A stretch of DNA of 64,000 nt from an uncultured Gemmatimonadales bacterium. Lineage in GTDB: Bacteria > Gemmatimonadota > Gemmatimonadetes > Gemmatimonadales > Gemmatimonadaceae. The translations under genes were made by a program, and so were the position numbers. Position 1 is the stretch's first letter. Every line of letters starts with the position of its first letter. The stretch lies in contig CAWBZV010000009.1 in NCBI GenBank assembly GCA_963793305.1, positions 1 through 64,000 of the forward strand, in the 5' to 3' direction. The notes beneath the pieces were generated by a model. The model saw only the letters and a program-made list of their open reading frames with translations. It was not told the origin of the DNA and searched no databases. This document shows positions 20,959 through 32,152 of this stretch, in pieces.

Positions 20959-21865
20959 TGTACCGGCCAAGCACGTAGGCGACCGACAGGCTGGCGCCCA
21001 AGTAGACGGCGACCATGATGAGCATCGTCTCGACGTTGTGTCCGGTCTGATTCCCGATGGTGTTCAGCACGCTGACGACATCCGGGAATCCGATCGCCAC
21101 CGCGAGGCTCGAGTTCTTGATCAGGCTCACGCAGTTCTGGGCGAGCAGCGGGACCATCGCTCGGAGCGCTTGCGGAATTATCACCAATCGCAGTGCCTGG
21201 AACCTCGACAGTCCCAACGCCTGGGCCGCCTCAGTCTGTCCTCGCGGGACCGCGAGGATCGCTCCGCGCACGACTTCCGAGATATGCGCGGATTGGTGCA
21301 ACACCAGCGCGATGAGCAGCGCGGCCAACTCGGGCGAGAGGGCAATACCGCCCGTGAAGTCGAACCGCGTGTGCCTCGGGATATCGAGCCCGTGCCACGT
21401 CAGGCCAGGGAGAAAGAGCCCGCGGTCCGAGAGGAAGGCCCCGGGCAGCGGCGTCAACGCGTGGTCAGCCGTTGGCAGTCCGTGGAGGAGCGCTGAGAGC
21501 CACAACAATAGAAGGAGCAGCGGCGTGCTCCGGAGGATCTCGACGTATCCTCGCGTGAGCCCGGTCAGCGTGGGGTTGGTCGATAGGCGCGAGATGCCGA
21601 CCACGAAGCCCACGGCGAGAGCCAAGAAGCAGCCGAGGATCGCTACTCGCGCGGTATTCGTGAGGCCAACGAGGATGGCGCGCCCCATCGTGTCCTCTGG
21701 GGTGAAGCGCAGCCAGGCGGTGTCGCCAATGGCGAAGTTCGCGGGTTGAGTGAGAAACTCGAACCCCAGCGTGAGCCCGCGCGCTTCGAGGTTCATCGCG
21801 GCGTTGTGAACGACCCACGCGAGAAGGGCAGCCGCGACCACAAACCCGATCCACCGTTTCGTCAT
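20939..21865 (-). CDS. Amino-acid ABC transporter permease (AapQ-like)
   Basis: LGFEFL, VGLTNT, YVEILRSTPLLL, EVVRGAILAVPRGQTEAA, IKNSSLA. Confidence 0.9.
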   Translation of the reverse strand: MTKRWIGFVVAAALLAWVVHNAAMNLEARGLTLGFEFLTQPANFAIGDTAWLRFTPEDTMGRAILVGLTNTARVAILGCFLALAVGFVVGISRLSTNPTLTGLTRGYVEILRSTPLLLLLLWLSALLHGLPTADHALTPLPGAFLSDRGLFLPGLTWHGLDIPRHTRFDFTGGIALSPELAALLIALVLHQSAHISEVVRGAILAVPRGQTEAAQALGLSRFQALRLVIIPQALRAMVPLLAQNCVSLIKNSSLAVAIGFPDVVSVLNTIGNQTGHNVETMLIMVAVYLGASLSVAYVLGRYNARITA

Positions 21866-22878
21866 CGAAACGGCGGCGAGTAGAGAAGTCCTCCTGCGGT
21901 CCAAAGTTTGTTGGCACCCCGATCCATGCCGAGCGGAGTCTTCGGCCCGAGATCGCGGTCGAAGATGTCAGCATAGTTCCCGATCTTCGCGATGACGTTG
22001 TATGTCCACTTTGGATCGAGCCCATCGCCCGTCGTAGCGCCAGGGTCGACGCCGAGAAACCGCCTCACCTCGGGATCAGCGCTGGTGAGGCCCTGCGCGA
22101 CGTTCGCCTCCGTGAGGCCCAGCTCCTCGGCCTCGACGGGTGCGCGGAACACCCAATTTACGATCTCGAACCATTGGTCATCGCCGGCCCGGACGACGGG
22201 AGCGATGGGTTCTTTGGAGATAAAGTCGGGAAGAACCAGATAGTCCCCGGGATGCTGTAACATCGACCGTGTCGTCGCGAGTCCCGCGAAGTCCTGGGTG
22301 AGTGCGTCACATCGTCCCGCCGCCAACGCGGCGACTGCGCCGCGCATGTCCTCGATGACGACGGGCCGGAACGTGATCCCATTCTTGCGAGCAAAATCCG
22401 CGAGGTTGAGCTCAGTCGTCGTCCCTTGCTGGACACACACGGTGGCGCCATCGAGCCCCGCCGCCTTGGTCACCTTCGACGCCCGAGGGACCAAGAATCC
22501 CTGGCCATCGTAGAGATAGATCGGTCCAAAATGAAACGGTCGCTGCAACGCCCGACTCGACGTTATCGTCGTGCCGTTGGCGAGGATATCGACCTCGCCC
22601 GACAGTATGCCAGAGAATCGTTGTTGTTGAGTATACGGCAGGAACACGGCCTTCGACGGATCGTTGAACAACGCGACCGCCACGGCGCGGCAGAAGTCCA
22701 CGTCGAACCCATGCCACTGTCCGGCGTCATCAGGCGTCGCGAAGCCGGTGCCCGGCGTAATCCCACATTTCACGGTGCCGCGAGCGCGCACGGCCTTGAG
22801 CGTCGATCCGCCGCCCGGCGTGGCGGACCCGTTCGCGCAGGCCGCCAAGAATACGATGACACCCCAGAGAAGCTTCAC
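21862..22878 (-). CDS. Amino-acid ABC transporter substrate-binding lipoprotein (AapJ/BztA-like)
   Basis: Lipobox LAAC; GFDVDFCRAVA, YDGQGF, ISKEPIAP, GNYADIFDRDLG, YSPPFR. Confidence 0.92.
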   Translation of the reverse strand: MKLLWGVIVFLAACANGSATPGGGSTLKAVRARGTVKCGITPGTGFATPDDAGQWHGFDVDFCRAVAVALFNDPSKAVFLPYTQQQRFSGILSGEVDILANGTTITSSRALQRPFHFGPIYLYDGQGFLVPRASKVTKAAGLDGATVCVQQGTTTELNLADFARKNGITFRPVVIEDMRGAVAALAAGRCDALTQDFAGLATTRSMLQHPGDYLVLPDFISKEPIAPVVRAGDDQWFEIVNWVFRAPVEAEELGLTEANVAQGLTSADPEVRRFLGVDPGATTGDGLDPKWTYNVIAKIGNYADIFDRDLGPKTPLGMDRGANKLWTAGGLLYSPPFR

Positions 22879-24023
22879 CCGAGGGCCTGTTCGAGATCCG
22901 CGATGAGATCATCGGGGTCTTCGAGCCCGACGTGAAGCCGCAAATATGGCCCTTCCGTGCTCCACTTCGTCGCCGTGCGGTATGGTCCCGGGTCAACGGG
23001 AATGGCCAAGCTCTCAAAGCCACCGAAGCTGACGCCCATGCGGAATAGTCGCAGCCTGTTCATCACGGTATCAATCGCCCGCGGCTTGAGATGCAGGCCG
23101 AACAACCCGCTCGCACCCCGAAAGTCCCGCTTCCAGACGGCATGCCCCGGATCGTCAGCCAATGCCGGATATCGCACTCGCACAACGTCAGGCCGCGCCC
23201 GCAGCCACTCGGCGACGCGCACCGTGCTTTGAAAATGCCGGTCGAGCCGAACGCCAAGCGTACGCAGCCCGCGCAGGGCGAGGTAGGCGTCGTCCGAGCT
23301 AACGCAGAAGCCAAGCTCCGCGACGGCCGAGCGAATGCAATGATACAGGGCTTCGGTCGTCGTGATGCTCCCCATCATGACGTTGGCATGACCACCGATG
23401 TACTTCGTGACCGCCTGAATCGAGACATCGACCCCGTGCGCGAGGGGGGAGAAGAAGTACGGGCTGGCCCAGGTGTTGTCCTTAAGCACGGTGATCCCGC
23501 GCTCGTGGGCGACTCGGGCGATCGCCGGGACGTCCTGTACCTCGAACGTCATCGACCCTGGCGATTCGAGAAAGACGACCCGCGTGTTGTCGCGGATCAG
23601 CGAGGCAATGTTTTCCCCGATCAGCGGATCATAGTAGGTCGTGGTCACGCCATACCGCGCGAGCGTGCGATCGCAGAACCGGCGCGTCGACGGATACGCC
23701 GTATCGACCATCAACAAGTGATCGCCGCTCGCGAGCATGGCCTGGAGCGCGGCCGTCACCGCGGCGAGCCCGGACGGCAGCAGCATGGCGCGATATCCGC
23801 CTTCCACAGCCGCGATGGCTTGTTCGAGCGCGAACGTGGTCGGCGTGCCGAGCTGACCATAGAGCACGTCGTCGAACCGCCGCGCCGGATTTCGCGACGC
23901 CTCGAAGTCGGCCAGGGTAGGGAACAGGATGGTCGAGAATCGATAGACCGGCGGATTGACGGCGCCATGCCGGTCCTCCGGATCGCCGCCCGCGTGCGCC
24001 AGCAACGTATCGATGTGGGTCAT
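22875..24023 (-). CDS. metC: Cystathionine beta-lyase family PLP enzyme
   Basis: VNPPVYRFST, LESPGSMTFEVQD, DNTWA, TKYIGGH, LRGLRTL, GGFESL, RLHVGLED. Confidence 0.85.
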   Translation of the reverse strand: MTHIDTLLAHAGGDPEDRHGAVNPPVYRFSTILFPTLADFEASRNPARRFDDVLYGQLGTPTTFALEQAIAAVEGGYRAMLLPSGLAAVTAALQAMLASGDHLLMVDTAYPSTRRFCDRTLARYGVTTTYYDPLIGENIASLIRDNTRVVFLESPGSMTFEVQDVPAIARVAHERGITVLKDNTWASPYFFSPLAHGVDVSIQAVTKYIGGHANVMMGSITTTEALYHCIRSAVAELGFCVSSDDAYLALRGLRTLGVRLDRHFQSTVRVAEWLRARPDVVRVRYPALADDPGHAVWKRDFRGASGLFGLHLKPRAIDTVMNRLRLFRMGVSFGGFESLAIPVDPGPYRTATKWSTEGPYLRLHVGLEDPDDLIADLEQALG

Positions 24024-25328
24024 CGGCCTCTCAGCGCATCGAGCGCGCCGCGCGCGTCCGCGGCGCCCGACGCCCCACGCGCGTCGAGGACCGCCGCGTA
24101 GTGCTTCCACGCCCAGATGTTGCGCGGCCGTCGCGTGGTGCGTTCGGCCAGGAGCTCCGTCGCCGTGTCGAGCCGTCGGCCTTTCCAGGCGGCGTCGATG
24201 AGGAGCTGGTCGAAAAGATCGCGCTGCGCATGACTGCCCCCAATGCGCCGAAATTCTCGCCGTACCGGCACGAGCAGGTCGACGACGTCGTCGTACGCGC
24301 CACGCCGGTGCGCCAACACGGCGCGCGCGAGGGGCAGCCCAACATCCGCCATCACCGTGGCCTCGGTGCCGCTTTCGGCCGCGAACTGCTCGCACGATGC
24401 GAGAAATGCATCGGACTCACCGATCGCCGCGAGCGCCATCACATAGTGGAGGTCGGCGAAAACGAGCGAGTGATCCCGATGGTGGCCTCGGGCCCAGTCC
24501 GCCAATTCCCGCCACCGCGTCCCGACATCGACCCCGGCTTGCTCCAGTCGCCACAAGAGCGACACCGCGTTGGTGATATCGAGGTATTCGTCCGTCGACT
24601 GCCGCCGAATCTCCCGATCGTAGAGCTCGAGCACCTGGGCATGCTGTTCGAGGTCCAGGCGAAACAGGCCCTCGTGCCATCGCAGAATGCAACGCGAAGT
24701 TGCCGCATCCCTCCCATTGGTCTCGGAGTCCCGCGATCCAGCCGAGGCCATCGTGCAATCGCCCCTGCATCTCGGCGACATGCGTGACCGCGTGCGCGGC
24801 CCAAATATCCTGGCGATTGAGCTCGATGGCCTTTCGCCCCATCTCCTCGGCCTGCGCATAGTCGCCGGCTTCTTCGAGGCCGTACGCGTAGCACCCCAAT
24901 ACGTAGCCATACCCCGGGACCGAGGCATCCCACGCGGGCAACGCCCGCGCGATGGTGTAGCGCATGCGTTGGCTCTCGCCGAGGTACGAGAGGACAAACT
25001 GCGACACCCGGAGCGCGAGGACGTCGCGCGGGAACTCGGTCAGCAGCACATCCCAATGCCCGGCCGCCTCACGCATCTCTCCGCGCGTCCACGCCTCGAG
25101 CGCCGCGACGTGTAACTGCTCTTGGCGCGACCGCGTGACGACACCCTCCGCGCGCCGGAGCGAAGCGACGGCGAGCGATCGCAGCTCCCGCTTGCTGGCC
25201 ATCATGGACAAATACCCGTCGAGGCAGTGCGCCAGCGCGCAATCGGGATCTGCCCGCAGGTACTCGGCGAGGCGCTCGCGGGTATCGGCGCGTGCACCGA
25301 GGAACGCCTCGATGACGCGCTCGATCAT
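24020..25328 (-). CDS. TTC38-like TPR protein, split by a +1 frameshift near 24686
   Basis: PRDVLAL, WAAHAVTHVAEM, (L)RWH, SLLWRLE, IGGSHAQRDL; ATGA couplings on both sides. Confidence 0.85.
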
Positions 25329-26302
25329 GTGATCCAGTAACGGACGATCGGGTCGCCGGTGTTGACGACTTTGTGCGTCCAGATTAATCCGGCCAGACCC
25401 GCGCCGGGCGATGACACCCGTTCGACCACGTCGCCAAACACGTTCACGATCTCGGCGAGCACCTGGCCAGCCCTGATCGTGTCGCCAATCGCGACCTTGA
25501 GGCGGACGAGCCCGGAGCGCTGCACGCGGACCACCGTTCGACTGCGCGCGGCCAAGCGCGGCCCGTCCTGCACGCGACCATCGATCATGCCGAGGTGCCG
25601 CATGACATTCTCCGCGCCCTCCAGGTGCGTCTGTACGTCCCGCTCGTCGAGCGTCCCGTTCCCCCCGGCCTCGGCCAGGATCGACACGACGCCCAGGCGC
25701 GTGGCCGCGTAGTTCAGGGACCCGGGAAATGGCGGCAGCGCGCTGTCGTCGGTCGACAAGGAGATAAGCCGTGGGGTAAATGCCCGCGCCAGCGCTTCGC
25801 CCTGGGCGTCGAGCTCGCGCTGCCCGGTGAGCGAATACCCGGCGAACGGAAGGAGCTGTTCGCCCAGGTCGCCGGCGTGAAAGTCAATGTGATACTGCGC
25901 GGTGGCGATGACCTCCCGCAAGAGGATATCCGCGAGCATCTCCGAGATCGAGCCGTCCTGACGCCCGGGCGCGATCCGGTTGAGGTTGAGCCCGTCGAGT
26001 GGCGAGGTAAACCCCGTGCGATGCTCGAACATCCGCATGTTCGTCACCGGCACCCCGATTACGGCCCCGCGGAGCCGCTCCGGATCGAGCATGCGGAGCA
26101 ATCGCATGACGGCATCGATCGGCGCGTACTCGGTGGCGTGCACGCCGGCGGTCACGCACAGGACTGGCCCATCCTCGCGGCCGTTGATCAGCACCAGGGG
26201 GATCCGGAGGGGGCCGCTCGCGGTCTCTCCGATCGTCAGCCACCCCTGCGTCTTCGCTCCGCGCTCGGCGGATATATCCCGAACGTGGATCCGCGCGCTC
26301 AT
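25325..26302 (-). CDS. Succinylglutamate desuccinylase/aspartoacylase (AstE/AspA) family deacylase
   Basis: GPVLCVTAGVHATE, NLNR, DFHAG, EAGG, C-terminal biotinyl-like domain. Confidence 0.88.
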   Translation of the reverse strand: MSARIHVRDISAERGAKTQGWLTIGETASGPLRIPLVLINGREDGPVLCVTAGVHATEYAPIDAVMRLLRMLDPERLRGAVIGVPVTNMRMFEHRTGFTSPLDGLNLNRIAPGRQDGSISEMLADILLREVIATAQYHIDFHAGDLGEQLLPFAGYSLTGQRELDAQGEALARAFTPRLISLSTDDSALPPFPGSLNYAATRLGVVSILAEAGGNGTLDERDVQTHLEGAENVMRHLGMIDGRVQDGPRLAARSRTVVRVQRSGLVRLKVAIGDTIRAGQVLAEIVNVFGDVVERVSSPGAGLAGLIWTHKVVNTGDPIVRYWIT

Positions 26303-27414
26303 TGCTGCGCGGCGCGCATCGCCTCGGCCACACGGCGGACGCCCTCGTCGATCTCCTCGTGCGTGGCGTGGCTGAATGCCAGACGGACGTGATGCTTGGG
26401 GCCGGGGTTGGCGAAGAACTTGCTGCCGGCGATGATCGCGACACCGTTCGCCGCCGCGCATGCCGCAACTCTATCCCCATCGGTCCCCGCCGGCAGCGCC
26501 GCCCACACATAGTATCCGCCGTGGGGGCGCACGAACGACGCTTCCGGGAGCTCCCGCTCGATCGCCGCCACCATACGATCGCGATTGGCGCGATAGGTCG
26601 CTTGCACGCGGGTGATATGATCCGGTAGTCGGTCGGCCCCCAAAAACTCGAGAATAATCCGCTGCGTGAGCGGACACGATCCGGCGTCGGTTTTGAGCTG
26701 CGCCATCCGCGCGATCATCGATGGGGCCGCCGCGGCCCAACCGATCCGCAAGCCAGGAGCCATCAACTTGGAGAAGGTGCCGAGTTGGATGACGCTATCC
26801 CCCCCCAGCGCCTTGAGCGACGGCGGCAGGGTTCCCTCGAATCGTACCTCTCTATAGGGGCTGTCTTCGACGATCACGATGCCGTGGCGTTCGGCATAAT
26901 CAATGAGCGCCTGACGGCGCTCGATCGACATCGTAATGCCCGTGGGATTGTGAAAATCGGGCACGTTGTAGATGAATTTCGGCGTCTTGGACAACATGCT
27001 GACGTTGAGCCCCTGATCATCGTGCGGGATCTCGACAAACGTCGCGCCGAAGCTCTTGATGATGGGGATGGCGCTGAAATACGTCGGCGCGGTCACCGCG
27101 ACCGTGTCGCCCTCATCGAGCAGCAGTCGACAGACGAGCTCCAAGGCGTGCTTGGCCCCGTTCGTCACGAGAATGTGCTCGGCCGAAAGCCCCGGGTGCG
27201 TATAACCGGCCATCCACGCCCGCAAATCCGGCAACCCCGCGCGCGGCGCATACTGCAGGGTCTCGGCGCGGTACCGTGTGAGGGCGATGTCCGCCTCGCG
27301 CGTGAGATCGGGGAGCACCCCCGGGAAGGCATGTCCGGAGTCGAATCCGATGGCGCCGGCGGGGACCGATGCCTGTAGAGTCGGCGCCAGGCGCTCGGCG
27401 CGACGGGCGTACAT
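26299..27414 (-). CDS. PLP-dependent aminotransferase class I (LysN-like)
   Basis: PDFHNPTG, EDSPY, GTFSKLMAPGLRIGW; AGGGAGG RBS before ATG 27414. Confidence 0.9.
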   Translation of the reverse strand: MYARRAERLAPTLQASVPAGAIGFDSGHAFPGVLPDLTREADIALTRYRAETLQYAPRAGLPDLRAWMAGYTHPGLSAEHILVTNGAKHALELVCRLLLDEGDTVAVTAPTYFSAIPIIKSFGATFVEIPHDDQGLNVSMLSKTPKFIYNVPDFHNPTGITMSIERRQALIDYAERHGIVIVEDSPYREVRFEGTLPPSLKALGGDSVIQLGTFSKLMAPGLRIGWAAAAPSMIARMAQLKTDAGSCPLTQRIILEFLGADRLPDHITRVQATYRANRDRMVAAIERELPEASFVRPHGGYYVWAALPAGTDGDRVAACAAANGVAIIAGSKFFANPGPKHHVRLAFSHATHEEIDEGVRRVAEAMRAAQQ

Positions 27415-27431
27415 CCCTGGAAGCCTCCCTA

Positions 27432-27471
27432 TTTGTCCGTACAAAATCGGATGCTAATATGTACGGACCTA
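27432..27471. promoter_or_regulatory. Two GntR/HutC-type operators upstream of the aminotransferase operon
   Basis: TTTGTCCGTACAAA (27432-45) and TATGTACGGACCTA (27458-71). Confidence 0.7.
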
Positions 27472-27481
27472 AGCACCGCGG

Positions 27482-28228
27482 TCAAGTCCGAACGAGGCTC
27501 GTCACATACGTAAACCGATCGCCTGGATGGATCGCGCTCGACAGCTCGATCAGGGGGCCCGCTTCCTGGTAATAGCGGCGAATGGCGCGCAGGGCCGGAC
27601 TCCCCGGCTCGGCGCGCAACAGCGCGGCTTGCCGCCGGCCCAGCCGGATCGCCTGGATGCTCTGCTCGACGCGGGCGATCCGAATGCCGTAGACCTGCTC
27701 CAGCATGGCGGAGATCGGGCCCGTGACGTGGCCCAGGCGTTGGCCGATATCCGGAAGCCCGGCATCGACGTACGCCGTCGTCATGCAGATCGGCCGCGGG
27801 TCGTCCGGCACGGTTCTGAGGCTCGTGACCTTGAGCCACGCATGGCCCTCGCGGCACTCGAGCAACCCGGCCAAGGGCGCATCGCAGATGACCCGGCGCT
27901 CCGACAGGGTCTCGATCCGCGTGTTCTCGCCGTATTGCAGGAGGTCGCTGATGGCGTTCGTCGGCTGCCGGTAGCTCACCGGCCGCACCTGCGCGACGAC
28001 CTCGGTCCCGGTCTTTCGCCGGCGAGAGATCAAGCCTGCATCCCTGACCAGGCGCAGCGCCTCCCGCACGGTGGACCGACTCGCCGCGTAATGCGCGCAG
28101 AGCTCCATCTCCGTGGGGAGGAGACCACCCACGGGGTACACGCTCGCCCCGATTTGCGCGACGAGCTCGTCGGCGATCTGCTGATAGCGCGGCAGGTCCG
28201 CGCGCCACGGCTTCCGGGTCGCTTTCAC
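27482..28228 (-). CDS. GntR family regulator with UTRA domain (HutC subfamily)
   Basis: [10 protein letters not shown]...[27 protein letters not shown]-terminus. Confidence 0.93.
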   Translation of the reverse strand: MKATRKPWRADLPRYQQIADELVAQIGASVYPVGGLLPTEMELCAHYAASRSTVREALRLVRDAGLISRRRKTGTEVVAQVRPVSYRQPTNAISDLLQYGENTRIETLSERRVICDAPLAGLLECREGHAWLKVTSLRTVPDDPRPICMTTAYVDAGLPDIGQRLGHVTGPISAMLEQVYGIRIARVEQSIQAIRLGRRQAALLRAEPGSPALRAIRRYYQEAGPLIELSSAIHPGDRFTYVTSLVRT

Positions 28229-28950
28229 GCGAGCATCTTGGACAGAAACTCCTTCGCGCGCGGGGTGCTGGGAGTCGTGAAGAACGATGCCGTGGCAACG
28301 TCCTCGACAATCCGGCCATGATCCATAAACAACACCCGGTCAGCCACCTGGCGCGCAAACCCCATTTCGTGCGTGACCACGATCATCGTCATGCCATCCC
28401 GTGCCAGCACCGCCATGACATCGAGCACCTCGCTGATCATCTCGGGATCGAGCGCCGACGTCGGCTCATCGAACAGCATGGCCACGGGATCCATGGCCAG
28501 TGCACGGGCGATGGCGATCCGTTGCTGCTGTCCGCCGGAGAGGGCCGACGGATACTTGTGCGCATGCGCGGTCAGGCCAACCCGGTCCAGCAAGGCCATC
28601 GTTCGCCCGGTCGCCGTCGCGGCGTCGCGCTTCAGCACGTGCAATTGCGCGAGATTGATATTGTCGAGCACCGTCCGATGCGGAAACAGCTCGAAGCTCT
28701 GAAACACCATGCCGACCCGCGACCGGAGTGTCGACAGGTTCGCGCCCGGGGCTCCGACCGACAGGCCATCGACGAGGATCTCGCCCCCGTCGAACGTCTC
28801 CAGGCGATTGATGCAGCGAATGAGGGTGCTCTTGCCGGCCCCCAATGGGCCGCAGAGCACGACGACGGAACCCGTCGCGATCGTGGCGGTGCAACCATCG
28901 AGAACACGAACATCGCCGTACGACTTCGTGACGTTGCGTATCTCGATCAT
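28225..28950 (-). CDS. Amino-acid ABC transporter ATP-binding protein (GlnQ/AapP-like)
   Basis: [36 protein letters not shown]. Confidence 0.93.
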   Translation of the reverse strand: MIEIRNVTKSYGDVRVLDGCTATIATGSVVVLCGPLGAGKSTLIRCINRLETFDGGEILVDGLSVGAPGANLSTLRSRVGMVFQSFELFPHRTVLDNINLAQLHVLKRDAATATGRTMALLDRVGLTAHAHKYPSALSGGQQQRIAIARALAMDPVAMLFDEPTSALDPEMISEVLDVMAVLARDGMTMIVVTHEMGFARQVADRVLFMDHGRIVEDVATASFFTTPSTPRAKEFLSKMLA

Positions 28951-28965
28951 GAGGAAAAATGACGC

Positions 28966-30204
28966 ATGGCGACTGTCAGGGCTAGAGCGGCAACCCTGCT
29001 CCTCCTCCTCTCGCCGAGTCTCGCGAGAGCGCAGGTCGTGCTGGTGCCGAGTCGCGTGTTCGACGCACCCAATGGAACGACGCACGAAGGTTGGGTTGTC
29101 GTCATGCAAGGCGCCCGCATCACGGCGGTGGGCCCACGCTCGAGCGTCGCGACGCCCGCCGGCGCCCGCCAGATCGATCTGCCGGGTACGACGTTGCTCC
29201 CGGGTCTGATCGACGCGCATTCACACCTGTTCCTGCACCCATACACCGAGGCGCCATACGCGGACCAGGTGCTCAAGGAGCCACTCGCGCTGCGCGTGGC
29301 CCGGGCAACCGTGGCGGCCCGGCGAACCCTGATGGCCGGCTTCACCACGCTCCGGGACCTTGGCACCGAAGGGGCAGGCGACGCCGACGTAGGTCTCAAA
29401 CAGGCGATCGAGCAAGGCATCATCCCCGGCCCGCGTCTCCTGATCGCGACGCGGGCCATCGGCGCAACCGGGTCGTACGGACCTCACGGATATGCGTTCG
29501 ACGTTCCGCAGGGCGTCGAGGAGGCCGACGGCGTGGACGGCGTGACGCACGTCGCGCGGGAGCAGATCGGTCGGGGAGCAGACTGGATCAAGATCTACGC
29601 CGACGGCTCCGACGGTCCGACGTTCTCGCTCGACGAAATACGAGCGGCGGTGGACGTTGGCCGACCGGTCGCCGCGCATGCGCGCACCACCGAAGGCGTG
29701 CGTCGCGCCATCATGGCTGGGGTCACCACGATCGAGCACGCCGACCTGGCGACGCCGGAAGAGTTCACGCTCATGGCGCAGCGCGGGATCCCGCTCTGTC
29801 CGACACTGGGCGGGCGCGAGGCGGGCTTCCTGCGGAATGGGTGGAAGAAAGGCGTCGACACGATGCCCGGCGCGATCGCGCGCTATCACCAGACGTTCGC
29901 CGCGGCCCGCGCGGCGGGCGTGACGATCTGCAACGGCAGCGACGTCGGCGCGTTCCCGCACGGCGACAACGCCCACGAGCTGGAGCTCCTCGTCGAGTAC
30001 GGGATGACGCCAACCGAGGCGCTCCAGGCGGCCACGGTCGTCGATGCCAAGGTATTGCACCTGACCGACCGCGGCGCCATCGCGCCCGGTCTGCTCGCCG
30101 ACCTCGTCGCCGTCGACGGCGATCCGACGCGGGACATTCACGCCCTGCGTCATGTCCATCTCGTCGTCAAAGGCGGCGAGATACTCTCCCTCTCGCTCCC
30201 ATGA
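28966..30204 (+). CDS. Amidohydrolase family protein (prolidase-like), exported
   Basis: [35 protein letters not shown]. Confidence 0.9.
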   Translation: MATVRARAATLLLLLSPSLARAQVVLVPSRVFDAPNGTTHEGWVVVMQGARITAVGPRSSVATPAGARQIDLPGTTLLPGLIDAHSHLFLHPYTEAPYADQVLKEPLALRVARATVAARRTLMAGFTTLRDLGTEGAGDADVGLKQAIEQGIIPGPRLLIATRAIGATGSYGPHGYAFDVPQGVEEADGVDGVTHVAREQIGRGADWIKIYADGSDGPTFSLDEIRAAVDVGRPVAAHARTTEGVRRAIMAGVTTIEHADLATPEEFTLMAQRGIPLCPTLGGREAGFLRNGWKKGVDTMPGAIARYHQTFAAARAAGVTICNGSDVGAFPHGDNAHELELLVEYGMTPTEALQAATVVDAKVLHLTDRGAIAPGLLADLVAVDGDPTRDIHALRHVHLVVKGGEILSLSLP

Positions 30205-32148
30205 TCCTTCCGCTGCTCTTCCTGTTGCAACAACAGCCCATGACGTTCCGAGGACGTCATGTCCTTGCGCTCACTCGGTGGCCTGAGCCTCTCGCCCGAC
30301 GGGCGCTCGATCGCGTACGCGGTGAGCGCCTGGGATCGCAGTGGCGATAAACCGGCGCGCCGCAGCCATGTGTGGCTCGTGTCGAGTGACGGCGGCACGC
30401 CCAAGCAACTCACGTTCGGCGAGCACGGTGAATCGAGCCCGCGATGGTCGCCGGACGGGAAGACCATCGCGTTTGTCGCCGCACGGGGCGAAAAGCCGCA
30501 GATCTGGCTGCTCCCGACTGACGGCGGGGAAGCACACGCGTTGACGCATGCTAAAGAGGGTGTAGAGACCTACAGCTGGTCGCCGGATGGCACGCACATC
30601 GCCTATCTCAGCGCCGACCCAGTCGTGGCTGCCGACGAGCAAGTCTATGAGCAGCCTACAACGCGCTCGCACCTGTGGGTGGCCGCCGTTCCATCTGGCG
30701 AGTCGCGCGAGGTCGCTCACGGTGACTTCACACTGAGCATGCTGGCCATCGAAGGCGAGCCGCAATGGTCGCCGGACGGTACGCGCATCGCCTTCGTCGC
30801 GTCGCCGAGTGGGTTGTTGAGGGATCTGCGTGGGACCGCGTATGTAGCCACTGTAGCGACGGGCACGTTCGAGGCGATCGCGCCGGAGTACCGCTCGGCG
30901 CCGGTCGGGCTCACGCAACCCGTCTGGTCGCCCGATGGCCGCACGCTCGCGTTCACGACGTTCCCGCAGGGGAAACTCCAGGGAGACAGCATCCCGGAAC
31001 CCGTACTCAACGACGGTGACATCGTCCTCTATGATGTCGCCTCGAAACAGTCGCGGACGATCCACGACCCCACGCAGCCGGCGACGCTCACGCAGCTCCG
31101 GTGGTCGCCCGACGGCAAGTCCCTGCTGTTCGTCTCCGCCGACCACGTCTATCAGAACGTCTTCGCTTTCGACGTGGCGTCGAACCACTATCGGCGCGTG
31201 ACGCACGACCAGATAATCGGGAACCTGTCGGTCTCCCGCGATGGCTCCCGCACGGCGTTCGGACTGACGACGCCACTGTCGCCCACCGACATCTACGTGA
31301 GCGACCTCACGTTCGCATCGTCCAAGCGCGTCACGACGCTCAACCCGCAGGTGGCGTCCATGGCGCTTGGCGAGACGGAAGTCGTCACGTACAAGAACGA
31401 CGGGCTCGAGCTCGAGGGCATCTTGATCAAGCCGGTCGGGTATCACCCCGGTCAGCGCTATCCCCTCCTCGTCGAAGCGCACGGCGGCCCCACCGGAGCG
31501 ACGCTCGACGATTTCAAGACCAATCAAGTATGGGCCGGACGTGGATGGGCGGTGTTCATGCCCAACCCCCGCGGGTCCGAGGGCTTCGGCGAGTCCTTCA
31601 TGCGCGCGAACATCAACGATCTGGGCGGCGGGGACTATCGCGACATCATGGCTGGCGTCGATGTATGTATCCGGCGCGGCATCGCCGACTCCACGCGCAT
31701 GGCGTTCGAAGGGTGGAGTTACGGCGGCTACATGACCGCGTGGGTCGTCGGGCACACGGGTCGGTTCAAGGCCGCGCGCATGGGCGCCGGCATGTCCGAT
31801 CTGCTCAGCATGTACGGGACGTCCGAGATCGCCGGATACATCGGACTCTTTGAAGGCGGGCGGCCGAGTGCCGCGACTCAAGAGAAGTACCGTCAGCAGT
31901 CGCCGCTGACATACGCCGATCGCGTCACCACCCCACTGCTCATTCTTCACGGCGCCAGCGACCCCCGCGTGCCTCCGGGTCAGGCGCTCGAGATGTACCG
32001 GGCACTCAAAGACCAGGGTAAACCCGTCGAGCTGGTGCTGTATCCGCGCGAGCAGCACGCGCTCGGCGAGTACGCCCACCAGGTCGATCGCATGCAGCGC
32101 GATTCGGCGTGGATCAGCCGCTATACGCTAAGGAAACAATTACAATGA
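30201..32148 (+). CDS. S9 family peptidase with PD40 propeller; +1 frameshift near 30249
   Basis: [16 protein letters not shown] joins EDVMSLRS after removing one C; WSPDG repeats, HGGP, GWSYGG, D-PRV, EQH. Confidence 0.92.
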
Positions 32149-32152
32149 ACCC

